Positions 22,601-36,790 of a stretch of DNA of 64,000 bases are shown piece by piece. The stretch's first letter is position 1. Every line of letters begins with the position of its first letter. The translations under genes were made by a program, and so were the position numbers. Where the stretch lies: assembly GCF_009834535.1 (NCBI RefSeq), contig NC_045696.1, positions 79,548,001-79,612,000 of the forward strand. Direction: 5' to 3'. Below the pieces are notes generated by a model. That model ran no database searches and had not been told where the DNA came from. It was given only the letters and a program-made list of their open reading frames with translations. The DNA comes from Camelus ferus. Its lineage: Eukaryota.

Positions 22601-24484
22601 GCAGCAGTAAGAAAATTTGAATGTGAATGCTGGCAAGAAAGTTGACAGGAATTTATATCTGATAGCTTTTATTTTCTTTGTAAAGCAGAAAGAGGGGTCA
22701 TCTATTCACAGTAAGAGAGAGGAGGGATAGATCAAATGTCTGCTTAAGGTGGAAAAGCTCTGAAATCCTCATTGCACAGAGCAGGAGACCAGAGAAGGGC
22801 CACAGAATTGCTAAGGCTGTGCTGAGAGCTCAGCTAAGGTTGGTCACTGTGAATTTAAAGTGGCCCCAAATTCCTCTGTTTTCTGATCTCCTTCAACAGT
22901 GCTCAGCTGCCCTGGTGCAAACACAAAGAAAACAGACCCCAGCGGAATCAACCAAGGATGGAGAAGAAGGCTGCTGATCTACAAAAAGCACAATGGTTCC
23001 AAAGGCTTAGCAATCTGAAGCCATTTAGTGTATAAGAAAACTGTCCAACATACCTCAGCGGGATCTGAAAGCGTCAGTGTATTACTGCGGAGGGTAACAA
23101 CTGAGCTCACTGCATGGGGAAGGCAACAAGCTCAAAACTGGAGTCAGTTCAGCCATTTACAAGCTGTGTGATCACGGGCAAAATACCTAATCTCTCCAAG
23201 TCTCAGGTTTTGCTTTTGTAATTTGAAACATGGATGTCTTCCCTGAAATGTTGTTTTGAGCCTGGGAACTAAGCTTTAATTAACCTGGAAATGCTATACA
23301 TATGGAACAGATCATTCTACTATAATATCAAATAAAAGAAAAGGCGCTGATTAACAGAAAACCATGATGGTTCTTCACATGAGTAAGTTTTCTTTACATA
23401 TTTCCTTATAATTTGCGTTTCTGAAGCAGTGGAACAAAACACAAAACCAAACATTTAAAAATTTTTAATAAACTATAAAATATAATATACACATGTATGT
23501 AAATAAATTCATTATCTCAGTATGATCCTGAAGCCTATGGTTGTGAATATCTAGCCTTTGAAGATTTTATAAGATATCATAAAAAATAAACCAATATGAT
23601 CAGGGCATTTTCAAATATTAACCTTTTTGATCATTACCTGTTTTCTTCAAGGCAACTAAGTTGAAGAAAGTAAAATAAAGAAGAAATATTTCTGGGTTTT
23701 GATTTTATTTTTATATAATGAAAAGAGTCAGGGGCGGGCAGTTTTTAAAGATCAAAATCTACACATTTGTACATAAAGTAACAGTTGTTAATACCTAGAT
23801 CATCAGTCAACTATGCAAAAGGTACCGTGTCAAGACTGGAAGAAGAGAATGGCAAAAATACAGGTGGAATAAATGTATCCTGAACTTGCATGAAATTACA
23901 TCAGTGGCTCATTTGATTCAAGCAGAAGCCTAAGTTTTATCTTCCATTTTACAGGTATTAGAGTCTATCCATTCTGATGAGCAGCATTACCTGCTCTCCT
24001 TCTGCTACACAGAGAGGTAGCCATAGAAACCTATCAATGGTTGTACCTAGGCATACAACATACTATCAAATATGAAAGAGATTTCATAATAACCTTAAAA
24101 AAGCAGACACTGAACTTTCTGAAAAGATGTTTTAAGTCAGAGTTTTATGAACAGGCCTGTAATTTTGAATATCTATAATTTTTGTATGGTATTCTAGTAA
24201 TGTTGCCAAGATCTGTTAAAAGATGCCCAGTATGGGCTACGTTTTTCAAACTGTATTTTTTGCAGATTTTTTTCAAGTTAAAATTATATATCAGTATCAT
24301 CAAAAATAAAGTGGAACAAAAATTACGAGCATATAAATATCAAAGTGTCAATTCAATCGTTTACAGCTGATTAGCCACGAAAGTATGTTCACTGTCAGTT
24401 AAGTAAGTCAACATTTACAGAGTGACATGCTGTCAATGAGTAAGTACGAGTAGATGTAAATGATCTATAACAAAAGTGTGTTAC

Positions 24485-24833
24485 CTTGAAGGAATTTGAT
24501 CCCTTCTGGTGTTTTTATAGCATTACAATTTTCAGTACTTAATGGTTACAGGATTAATTGGATAAAAGTCTTTTTACTGAGAAAATACAATGAAATTGTT
24601 CTCTAGAAAAAATTCCCAGCTTAACATTAGTGTTTACAATTTTTTCCTCCTAAAGCAATGGAAATTCACAAACTGTCAGAAAAGTCCATATTGCTATAAG
24701 TTGAGAATTAGATATTCAAAGTCTAAGTCTTAAAGTAAATTTAAAAGATTTGCTATGGGGCAGCATATACCCAGGGGTTTCTATGTAGTCAACCAGGTGA
24801 TCTACAGAGGCTCGAGGCCAAATCTCACCGATA
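24485..24833 (-). other. Candidate non-coding (5' UTR or lncRNA) exon, 349 nt
   Basis: Acceptor 'aatgacatatgtttctatttgcag|TATCG' and donor 'CAAG|gtaaca'; lies in a multi-kb repeat-free block; no long ORF. Confidence 0.4.
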
Positions 24834-27800
24834 CTGCAAATAGAAACATATGTCATTTACTCCTTTCTCCCTTCTCATTAGAACAATCTGAAGGCAATAG
24901 AAATCGAAATTGGTACAGTTGTGTAAAACAGTATTGGAAGTAAGGTACATTTTTTTAAAAAAACAATAATTTAATCACAAAAGCTTCAATTTATCCTTTT
25001 ATGAATACATGTTATCAAAGGGAAAAAATAAAAACAGGACATTCAATTTAAAATTTTGTGTTTCCCCTTTAAAATACATAACTAACTGCATCCCCTAGAA
25101 GGATTAGTGATGTAAATGCTTTATTACACCAACTAGCTTCAAACCACTCTGTCTTTCCTCTAAACTGGTTATACAGAGTTATAAAATTATATTTTGCTAA
25201 TACTGAAGGTTGCTGGCTTAATTAAGCGTATATGCATATATACACACACACATATATAAAATCAGGCAGAGTATAAATTTTAAAAGATTTATAACTACTA
25301 CTAAAAAGAGATAGGTTATTAATATTCTTAAATTCAAGAACCCTAGGTCTTCATTGTCTCTCATAGTGCTTGTCATGAAATCTTCTAAAACTTTAATAAA
25401 TCAAGTACATTTCAAAAAGAATGTAATTTAAGTTTTAATATAATCATGAAAATATATTCTACAGTTGTTTCAAGTCTAATGTAAAGATTCATTAATTACT
25501 GAACATATACAAGAAAACTCTCATGAAATTTAAACCCTTTAACACAGACATCTGTATACAGTCATTTATGGCGTAAAAAGCAAAGTTACAAAAATTAGTC
25601 TGTAGGAGTCTCTCCTTCCCTGGAGAATACTACACACTTTGCTTGTTACACATTATTTTTAGATGGATACAAGGGAAATGTGATCCTTGTATATGGATAT
25701 CCTTTGTTAAAAGTAGGGACTAAACCAAGCTAATCCTAGAATGAAAATAATTGGAAAGAATTAGATGAAAAATAAAATTAGTATTTCAAAGGGGAAAAAT
25801 AACCATTCAACCCATTTTAAATACAACTATAGTAACTCAATACTCTTCATACTTTGAAAAATCCTTTCTAGTTCTTTGTAGCATTACAGTTTTCAATATT
25901 TAATGATTTTAAAATCAAGAGCAAATTGACAATGTACTCAACATAAATCACTGCAAGAAGGAAACTAGGTGACAGAATTAGCTCCTAAATGTTGCTGGCA
26001 TTTTTCCAACCTATAAGGACACTTTCTTTCCTCCGATTTTAAGCTAATTGCTATTTATACATATTTTTACATAATTTAAATGCAAGTGTCATGATTTTGA
26101 AGTTGAAAGGGCTAATACACACCTCAACTTTTTACAGTAAAATTTTCTATAATAAAAATAGGTTTATTTCAAAATACTAAAATTATATTAATGCAGAAGG
26201 CATCCAGGCATTTACATCAGGGCCTCGTGGTGGCTTAATAAATTTAACATACACGTCATATGCATTATTTTGCAGTTGCATGGAGAATGCTTTTAACAGT
26301 ATAAAATAAACCTGAGCTTCTCCAAATATGTGGAACCAGCACATTTTTTCTTGTGTTCTCCATCCTGGTACACGTATTTCATGGGAATAGAAGAATAAAG
26401 CATTTACTAAACCTCCAGTAATTCCTTTGTATAGTTTCCTACTTATTTCTTATTTAACTCCCATCCATCCTTTCTATTAAATTCCACATGTTCTTAACCA
26501 TTTCTTAATATAATCTTAACAGCCAACAGTGAGCCTCAGCAGGTCTGGAAATTCATTCTACAGGCTTTATTTAAATGCTTCCTAAACAGGTGTTAAAGAG
26601 AAAACTAAATAATGTAACGTGTGTTATGGGGGAATTTCTTTTTCCTTGTGCAAATAAACATTGTTGCCTAAGTATTCGACTCCAACAAGCTCCTTTCTTT
26701 CCAGGACTTCTCAGAGCCTACAACGGCTAACGTGTATCACTCACCTCCAACAAGAGAATGGGATATGCAACATTTCCTGAGCATCATTGATCAAGAAAAT
26801 CTTAGAAAAATGAGTTTCTTTAAAAAAAAAAAAAAGGTCTCTACTGAATGTAATTTGGGAAATGCTGGAAATTTTTTCCGATAAGTCTATTTTTGAAGAA
26901 CTTCAGAAAAGAGAATTCTAAAAATGTCCACATAGAAACTGTTTTTTCACTTTTCTTACTAACATATATCACTGTTCCCTCTTCTTACATTCAAGGAAGA
27001 AAAAGGAACATTCAGTGCCCATTAATCCCCCAAAGGCAATGGTACCTTCATCTTTCTCTCTACTGAATAATTCTAATTCCTTTAAGCCTTCTTCAGAGGT
27101 CCCATTTTAAAACTCCTGAGTCATTTTTAATGTTCCCTAAATCGTCTACAGTTTGTCCATGGCTTTCTTAAAAATGGTAACCCTAAACTTTGAAAATGAA
27201 ATTATAAAAGTAAGCAAAAACTTTTCTCAGTGATTCCTAAGTATTAACAGATACCAGGATCATGTTCATTTCACAACATCATGTTAATTTTTTTAAGTGC
27301 TATATTATACACTGCATAGGGAAGGCTGCACACTGTATGTGTAATCCCAACACTAGTGGTATAGCCCAGAACCTAGGGAAATTTTTCTGAAGAAAGTTGG
27401 CAGGTCTCTTTCTTTTGGTTATCTCCTTCATTTCTGCCATTTTTTCTTTATATTATTTTAATAGGAAAGCTAATATGTATGTGATTCAGTTTTTCATCAT
27501 CTTATTTAAATTCTGCTCCTGTTTTAACCAGGAAATTGAATTTCTATTATTGAAACTTTAACGTACAAAACATTCATGCATCCAGGATATAAGGTTTTCT
27601 CCACTGTCAAATGAACAGGGTTTTGGTCTGGAAACAGATTCCAAAGGAAGGGAAAAAAACACACTGTAAAAATTAAACTTATGTCAAAATAATCAGGTGA
27701 TCAAAGGTGTATTCCTGTTTCCTTAAGAGAAAAATATATTCTTGAGCACTTGCTATAAATCCCAGGCTAATGAATCCTTGAGAAGTAACCTCTTTTTGTA

Positions 27801-28789
27801 CTGTCTGCAGTGTTAAAAACAAAATTTAAAATACAAAACCCCATAATCTCTGGGAACTAGGTATCTGGGAGGTCACTTTAAGGGCTGCCATGCAGAAGGA
27901 AACAGACTGTTAAATTGAAAGTTGGTGTAAGAAAGAGTTGGTGGTGGAGATAATCGTGGCAGTAGCTGAAGGGTGACCGACAGTAGCAAAGGCAGACTCA
28001 AGAAGAGCAACGATGGAGGACCAAGGAGCAGCAGCATGACGGCACAAGTGTGTGTGGTGGGTTGTGGAGGGGAACGTGAAGGGCAGGGATTGGTGGCGGT
28101 AAAAGTAAAGGCATCCCCAGAGGCTACACCAAGAGTGATGGTGGTAGGAACAGCAATAGAGGAGACAAAGAGGGTAGCATGGTCTGCAGGTTAGGATTTA
28201 AAGAGAATCAAAAATGAGTAGACAAATGAGAAAAGAATAATTCCAAAAAGCCAAATAAAAAGTCAGATCAGACTAGGGAAAACCAACTACCAGCCTAGTA
28301 CCAAGAGCACAACTGGGATCAGAAACCACATCATATCCACCAAGATTCAACAGACGGCAGTGCAGTGGCTGCACAAAAGGGTGCTAGATAACGTCTAAAG
28401 CATGTTTCATTACAGCTTCAACTGTGTTTTACCAGTGTTCCAGAAAAAGCCTAATCTTCCTTCATCCCACCTGGAAAGACTTCTGATCACAGTAGGCAGT
28501 GGGTCCTGGCAGCAGCAGTGAAGGTGAAAGCAGCAGTTACTGCCACAGGAGGGGCTGTGGCAGTGGGGGTTGGGGGTGGGTAACTCCAGGAGCTGAGGAC
28601 CTGGTGGTAGTCTCCGAGAAAGCAGGTGACTGAGGAGCAGTAGGGGGCAAGAGTCAAGCTATTTCAAACATAAGCACTTTCTAGGTAGATTATATTCTGA
28701 GATTCTTCCTTAGGTTTCCCACCTTACTTCTATATCCAAGAATGGAATTTTGACCACCAAATGTGTCATACACTGCATCATATTTCTGG

Positions 28790-29272
28790 TACATGCTATG
28801 TGGATCATGCAGGAATCAGAATCGAACTCAGAGGATTTTAATAAAGGACAGCTTATAGAGGTGTGGACAGGGTAGAAGGAACCAAAAAGGAATGTTGCAG
28901 CACCCAGAGAATAGCAACTGAAGAAGTCACTTCCTGAAATGGAGCAAGAGGAATACATAGTGTCACTGGAGTACAGTTAGAGCTAGAGGGTGGAAAAAAG
29001 AAACTTGGTGTAGTCATGGAAGGATGCTAGAAATCATGGCCCAAAGAGGGAAAGACTGGGGAAAAAATAACCCAAACTTTCTCTCCTACTGCCCTCTATT
29101 CTCTTGCCATTGACTTGAATCTTGCATTTAAACAGGAACCTAGCTGTCCAGGGAGCCTGGCTAAATGCAGCTCAAAGAGGTCAAGGGCATCCTCCCAGGA
29201 AATAGAACAGGACAGAGACGGGCAGGACAGATCTGGGTGGGGTAGGGTCACAGAAGGATAATCACCAGTAGA
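28790..29272 (-). mobile_element. ERVL-class LTR (LTR33/LTR41-like)
   Basis: 'tttaataaaggacag...agaggtgtggacagggtagaaggaaccaa...gcacccag...tagcaac' resembles the reverse of this LTR family. Confidence 0.6.
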
Positions 29273-31127
29273 TATATTATAGCACTAAGAGGATGTGTAG
29301 TTAAACCATGCCAAGAAATCAACTCTCTTCAGCACAAATAGAGTCTTCCCCATTTGGCTTCCCTATTGCATGGGGTCCCCAAATTATGAGAGATGGTAGG
29401 AAATGAGCGAGTGGTAGGAAATTCAGAGTTATTAAAATATGTTCCAGAACTCCTAGGTGTGCCATGCATTACTTGCCAAAGAATGAGCCATTAACCAGAC
29501 CAAATAGAAAATACGTGATGAGTAGCAGTTTTTTGTTTGTTTCTAAAGACTCTGAAATAATTTGAATATTGGGAAATATACTCTAGATGTTTCTTTATTA
29601 ATGTCTCTGAATGGTGATAATGACAAATTGCTTTGCTTTTAATGTCAGTCATTTAAAACTGATTTCTTAATTTCTTAGCAAAGGCTATATAATAATAATT
29701 TCTTTTTGTTTAGAAAGTACCTAGTATTTCATAAGTTGATTTAAAAGGGAGTTTTAATCTTATTCAGAAATAAGAACAATGCTGCTAGTAATGGAGATCA
29801 TACGTTGTTTGAGTTTGTCCTTGTCATTGTAAGTTAGTCTGTTTTGGAATAGAGTTACAAAAAAGCAGAGCAGCTGGGTACTAGGGTTTTTGTCTGACCC
29901 GAAGGCTATTATTTCCCCTTTGTAATATCCCTCCCTCATTAAAAATGTTAGCCTTCTTTCTTGACCAAATGCATGGCATAAACTATACTACATTTTTCCC
30001 TACAAATGACTTTCTTTTATTGAACTGATGCTTAAATATCACAAAATAATGTTCCAGTGAACAAGAGGGGTTTTTTTATTCATATCTATACTATTAAAAG
30101 AGGATCTAACTTTATAACATAAAACACCATACATTTAAAGTGAAAATAACAGCTTAAAAGGGTAAAGAAATCTTTAAAAATAAAATCAACTTTTCTACTG
30201 CAGATGATGGGGATAAAAGGAGGAAATGTGAGAAAAAGTGGCTAGACTCAAACCACAGTTAAAGGATTGTGCCTGTTTGTGAAAACCATACCATGTATTA
30301 TATGAAGAAAAGTATTAAAATTATTCAACAACAACAAAAAAATCAATGGAATAAGAGAGGTAAGTCATCACTATGGTGGACAGTCAGGAAACGAAACTGC
30401 TGTTATCCGTGGGAGCCTTTGTTGCTGCTTTTCTAACACTTCAGTGGTTGAAAGGAAATCAAACTGTGAGAACTTACTGCCACTCCAGTGAGCCCTGGGG
30501 GATTTGTCTCAAATTTGGAACCTGAGTGGCCTTAAGCTTCACAGCTCTGGCCCTCAGAAGTGACAGAAAGCAAAGGGACCAACAGAGAAAGTAGAGCATT
30601 AGTTACACAGTACTGAACACTAACATATTTTAAATTGTTGGGCGAAAGTCAGACCACCTTTTCAGTTTTACATTAGACTAAATGACCAAGTAATTACCCT
30701 CAAAACATAGGCTATACTTAGGAAATTTCAAGCAATAGCCAATACTTTGTAGCTATTCACAGATAATTCTGAACTTAACTCTTGGCTGGAAGAAAGCTTC
30801 TGAAACACTGAAAACTGGATAAATAACTAAAGACTAGAGTCGCTTTGCAACTCCTTTTAGACTATTTCATGTTGTGTCATTTTTCTAAAAATCTAAAAAA
30901 AAGGATTGGAACATACAAGGAACTTAGTTAGCTCTTAGTCCCAGAGAGATGATGAACATCAACAGACTACTCTGAAAGAAGAGAGCAATGGACTCCAACT
31001 GCACAATACCCTCTGTTCTGTGAGTTTTGATATCCTCATTGGAAAAAAAAAAACTTCTGTTTGTCTCTACTTGGAACAAAAGTGTACTCGTTGAAACATT
31101 TATTTAAACACTGTCTCACTCTAAATC

Positions 31128-31244
31128 CGTGTTTCTTAGGTGAGGCCCACGGACCTGCAGTCAGCTGGACTGTTTGATTAAAATGCAAATCCCTAGCCCC
31201 AACACAGGTAATTCATATGCATGTTAAAACCTGGAAACTACTGC
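31128..31244. mobile_element. MER5-like hAT MITE remnant
   Basis: 'gcccacggacc...ttaaaatgcaaat...caggtaattcatatgca...gaaactactg'. Confidence 0.55.
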
Positions 31245-31779
31245 TGCAAAGAGCTCGTGTATTTATATCAGAACAAGACTATGAAAATCAGACTCGACTC
31301 TGCTGTGCTTTTGATACTTGTGGACGGTTTTACGAAATTAATGGAAACTTGAGGAAAGAATATTTTGAGTAATTCAAGTAAGTCTAAAATTGTCTGAGTC
31401 AATCATAATAAATAGTTTTAATTCATCAATTCCCCATCCCACCTGACCCCCACCTTCTGTTTAAGGATTTTGGATTTAGTAGATTCTAGAATTCTGTGTA
31501 ATCATGGATTTTCTACCTCTACAGTCTGAGAGGAAAAAAAAATCTAAGCTTAAATATCTGATTCTTAAATATATTTAAAAGGCCCTCACTCTTAGTAATT
31601 GTATATCTGTTAATATGTTAATCAGAATATAAATTAGAAATCTATCTTAATACTAAAGCAATAAATTTTGTGGACACTTCCATTTAAATAACTTTTTTTC
31701 TACAAATACAAATTACACAACCTAAGCTAAGAGTTTTCCAACTGCAAAGAACTTCTATCTATTTAAGAAAACTTCTATT

Positions 31780-34700
31780 ATGCATAAAATGATAAGAAAT
31801 TTATGGTCTAGGAAAAGTCCGATTAAACACATATGAGGAAAGAGCAAAAAGATCACTATTTGAAGATAAAATTATGATTCCCAAATTGAAAATGATTAAA
31901 TCTATATAGAAGAGCTTAAGAATATGATTGGTTATAAACACTCAGCATATAAATAAAACTTTCCTATATACAAAAAATTACACGAAAATAGAAAAAAGTG
32001 TTCACAATACAAACAAAAATATAAGATGGCTAGGAATCTAACAAAAAAAACTAACAACAAAGCATAAATTTTACTGAGGGACATAAAAAAACTGGTTATC
32101 TTCCCTCTGCTTATTTTTTCCTTACTAAACAATTAAATCAGAGTAATTGGGTAAAGCAAGGCCATGGATCCCCGACAGCCCAGAGCAAGGTGTCAGACCC
32201 TAGCAGGTTGAGGAGGGGTTTCACACAGGAGGCAACCCAGTGTGGGGAGTCAGAGCGTTCGCAGGATGAGGAGAGCATCCACAGAGGGGCAAGCCCAGAC
32301 ACAGGCTGTTAGTGCCCAGAGGAGATGAGGAGGGTCTGCAGAGAGCAGACCAACAAGGACTGTCAGAACCCAAGTGGGATGAGGAGGGCGTTGGTGCAGA
32401 AGAAGGAGCAGTGGCAGTGACGGGCAGTTGGTTTCATTCAGGAGAACTGATCAAATGAGTAATATCTTAAGAATTGGAAGCTGTGTTCCTCACTAATAGA
32501 TAAGAAATTTGCAAATATGCAGAGGAACAAGGCCAGAATGAATTCCATGGTGTTTGATTAGAATTTGAAGTATTAATGTAAATTCATTGTTTTACATAGG
32601 TAGAAAGATACAGTATGTAAATGTTTGTGAATACATATTCCTCAGCTCAGTCTACAAAGAGGCTTCCGGAGGGGGTGACACTCCAATAGTAATACCTGGC
32701 ACCCAGATCTTGACTTTTAAATATTATTTTCCTCTCAAAAGAAACTCACTCCTAGAAGATAACGTAAGAGAATATCTGGATGACTTCGGGTATAGTAATG
32801 ACTTTTTAGATGCAACACCAGAAGTGTGATCCATGAAAAGAAATAACTGACAAGCTGGACGTCATTAACATTAAAAAACATCTGCTCTGTGAAAGACTGT
32901 AAAAGACAATGAGAAGACCAGGTACAGACTGAGAGAAAATATTTACAAAATATACATCTGATAAAGGACTGTGACCCAAAATATACAAAGAACCCTTAAA
33001 ACTCAACAATAAGAAAACAAACCACCTAATTTAAAAATAGGCCAAAGACCTTAACAGACACCTCACCAAAGAAGACGAACGCAGGGAAAATAAACTCATG
33101 AAGAGATGTTCTGTATCATATGTCATCAGGGAAATATAAATTAAAACAACAATGGGATACCATGACGCACCTATTAGAGTGGCCACAATCAGAACACTGA
33201 CAACACTAAATGCTACTGAGGATGCAGACCAACAGGAACTCTCATTCATTGCTGATGGGAATGCAAAATGATACAGCCACTCTGGAAGACAGTTTGGCAG
33301 CTTCTTACAAAACTAAACATACTCTTACCATTCTATCCAGCAATCACGCTCCTTGGTATTGATCCAAAGAAGTTGAAAACTTATGTTCACACAAAAACCT
33401 GCACACAGATGTTTATAGCAGCTTTATTCATACTTGCCAAAACTTGGAAGCAACCAAGATGCCCCTCAGTAGAAGAACAGATAAATAAACTGTGCCACAT
33501 TTAGATAATGAAATGTTATTCAGCACTAAAAAGAAATGAGTCATCAAAACATAGGGAAATCTTAAATGCATATTACTAAGTGAAAAAAGCCATTCTGAAA
33601 ATGCTACATACTGTATGATTTCAACTATATGACATTCTGGAAAAGGCAAAACTATGGAGACAGTAAAAAGACCAGTGTCTGTCACAAGTTAGCAGACAGG
33701 GAGGGATAAACAGGCAGTGCACAGAGGATTTTTAGGGCAGTAAAACTAGTCTGTATGGCACTACAATGGTAAATATGTCTCATTACACATTTGTCAAAAC
33801 CTGTAGAATGTACAACCCCCAGAATTAATCCTAATGTAAATATGGACTTTAGGGAACAGTAATTTGTCATCGTAGGTTCCTTGATTTTAACAAACTTACC
33901 ACTCTGGTGAGGTGGCTATACTGAGAGAGACTATATGTCTGTGGGGGTAAGGGGTATATGGGAAGTCTCTGTACCTTCCATTCAATTTTGTATTGAACCC
34001 AAAACTGCTCTAAAAATAAAAGTCTATTTTATTTCCAAAAATTCATGCAGAAGAAAATTAATTACCAAAACGGGAACAAAAATGTGTACAGATAATGATT
34101 TAATGAAAATTGTCACTAAGGATGCCATGAAGATGAGATCATTTATTTATATCATATATGATAAAGATTTTGTATATTATATCTATTTGCTAGATTTGAT
34201 AAGAAAAGTAGCCTGACTAAAAACATATATTGACTCCCTACTGGCCCAAAACTACTATTTTCCCTAGAGAAACTAAATGAAGTGTAAATAACAACAACAA
34301 CAAAAAGGAAATAGTACACCTTAGGGAAATGCCTGGTTTCAGGGCCGGACAAGGGAAACCACAATATGAGCCTGGAACATCTTACTGTGCTAGAAACTAA
34401 GGTATTTATTATTGGTTCAAGCAAGACAGAGGTAAGCCAAAAGGCCACAAGATCCACCCTGAAGTGCTCCCACTGGTCAAATATGGGGAAATTTGAGCAT
34501 AAAAAGAAAAAATATGAGAGTAACTTACCATCACCCATTAAATAAAATTAAATATGAGTGCATCATAATAAAAATTAGTTGGTCAATTAATTAAAAGTTA
34601 GCTGGGAACAGGATATTTATGTAACGTTAAGACATCTCCTTCAAAACAATTATTCATTACAAAGGAGGAAAACATAACTTTACAGAGAGGAAGACTGGCA

Positions 34701-36790
34701 GATATCACTTTAATCAAGTGCCACCTGAGAGGATGCAATGAAGAAGAAGAACATAGGATTATTTCTGTAATATTCCACCCAAAGATGCATGCCCTAAAGC
34801 TAATCATGAGGAAACATCAAACTAACTGACTACCAAACCACTGCCCTATAATCCTTAAAAGTGTCAAGGTTATGAAGTCAAAGAAAGATTGAGAAACTGT
34901 ATCAGACTGAATGAGGCTAAAGAGACATGGCAACTAAATACAAAACATGACTCTAAACGGGATCTTTTGTTATAAAGAACATTATTGGAACACTTGACAA
35001 AAACTAACAGGGTCTGAGAATTAGATGAAGTAATTTATCACTGTTAATTTCCTGACTTTGATGGCTGTATTGTGATTAGGAAGAAGAATGTCCTTATTCT
35101 TAGGAAATGCACACTAATGTATTTCAAGGGGAAATGGGCAACTTACTTTCTAATGGCTGAGGAGAAAAATAGGGGTTTGTTCTCTGCTTGCAATTTTTCT
35201 GTAAGTTTAAGCTTGTTTAAAAGTAAAAAGTGTATAAAAAATAATTTGAAAGAGTTAATGGTAGACTGGGTTTCCGATTCTGAAAATTCAATAATATAAA
35301 GATTATTTAAAATTTATTTGATTAATAAAATTCTATTAATGTTATTTTTAACCTAACAAAGATGCTACAATTCATTTGGAAGAAAGACTGGACGAGATAT
35401 AAAGAAAATATTTTAAAAAGAAGAGGACTAAGAGACAGGGCTTGTATTATTTAATATTATAAATGTATTAGAAATATACAATAAATTAAGACAATGTAGC
35501 ATTTTTCCAAATAAACAGATCACTAAAACTGAAGAAAAAGTTCAGAAGATGTATATACATGTAAGTACTTTGTACATAATAAAAAACATATTTCAAATTA
35601 GTACAGAAAGATGGGCTCTTCAATACTGCTATTTAGATCCTTATCTCATACTTCACAAAAAAGCAAGCTCTATATGAAGTAAAAATTTAATTGTAAAAAC
35701 TCAAATCATAAAAGTATCCAAAGAATATATACGTTAATATGTATATAATTTTGTGTCACAGAATCTAAGCTTGATGTCAAAGAAAGAAACCATAAAGGCG
35801 ATGAATATTTCCATCAACAGAATAAAAGGAAAACAGATTCGAAAAAGTGATAAATCTCAAAGATGGAATTCATTCAGCTAAAAAGTATATTTTAAGGTGT
35901 TTAAATAATTAGTGGTTGATTTTTCCAATTTAGGCAACGAGAAAGAAGATCACATCTATTGGATTGGCAAATGCCAAAAAGGATGTAATGTCCACTATTA
36001 AAGAGGGCACACTAAACCTTTGCCAGAGGGATTATATATGGCCACCACCACTAGGGAGAGCACGTTGGGAATATATATTAAAAAGAGTGAAAACCAAAAA
36101 ATTCCAAAAAATTCCCCACCAAGAATTTACCCTAAGGAAATAATCAAACAACTGTACGATGCATACGTCATGCTTGTTGTTGATAAAAGGAAAAACAAAA
36201 AGAATAGAAACAATGAAAAGAATCAAGTAATTAGGTGTTATACATTATGCCATTAAATAACGAACTAATAATCATGTCACCTAATATTTCACATATAAAT
36301 ACAAGAAGTAAATGTATGACAGAGTATTAATGGGTCATTTTTGTATTTAAAACTCTGTGTGTGTCTGTGTGTGCTCACGTATGTATAGTATCTATACTCT
36401 TTAATTCTCAGAAGCAGAGAATTAAAGAGTAAAAGACAGAGAAATTGAATGGGTACAAGAAGTCACCTCGGGGGAGAGGGAGGCTATAGCTCAGTGGCAG
36501 AGTGTGTGCTTAGCATGCACAAGGTCCTGGGTTCAATCCCCAGTACCTCTATCAAAAAGCAAATAAATAAGCCTAATTACCTCTTCCTTGCTAGGAAAAA
36601 AAAAAAAAAAGAGAAAAAAAAAAAAAAAGAGGGGAGTCTTACGACAGAAACAGATTTTTTAAAAAAGTTATCTCAGGATGGTAGAATTCTATAGTTTTAC
36701 TTTCTATCTGCACTATTTCTTTTCTAATATAAAATGAGCATGTGTTTCTTATTTAATAAAAATAACAAAAGCTATAAAAAGTTGTGAGGA
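31780..36790 (+). mobile_element. Nested cluster of old L1 pieces (L1ME/L1MC/L1MD-like)
   Basis: Best-preserved part 32745-34035 translates to ORF2-like 'QPLWKTVWQLLTKLNILLPFYPAITLLGIDPK...HTKTCTQMFIAALF' followed by a 3' UTR; flanking pieces resemble L1MC 3' UTR and older ORF2. Confidence 0.85.
36470..36630 (+). mobile_element. tRNA-derived SINE (camelid Vic-1-like)
   Basis: 'ggctatagctcagtggcagagtgtgtgcttagcatgcacaaggtcctgggttcaatccccagtacctc', then 'aataaataagcctaattacctc' and a long poly-A tail. Confidence 0.92.

Noticed and set aside
32190..32420. Four degenerate ~54-59-bp-period units ('gtcag...gatgaggaggg') that look like a repeat-spacer array
   Set aside because: Repeats are highly divergent, lie inside an old L1 cluster and resemble the tandem region of L1MC/L1MD 3' UTRs; mammalian context and no cas genes, so not CRISPR.
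32587..34807. ORFs such as 33268-33504
   Set aside because: Old L1 ORF2 and 3' UTR-derived frames.
36481..36550. tRNA-like sequence with A and B boxes (also at 11785-11855 and 13500-13570)
   Set aside because: SINE heads: A-rich or short tails, TSDs at two copies and no intact acceptor stem, so not tRNA genes.
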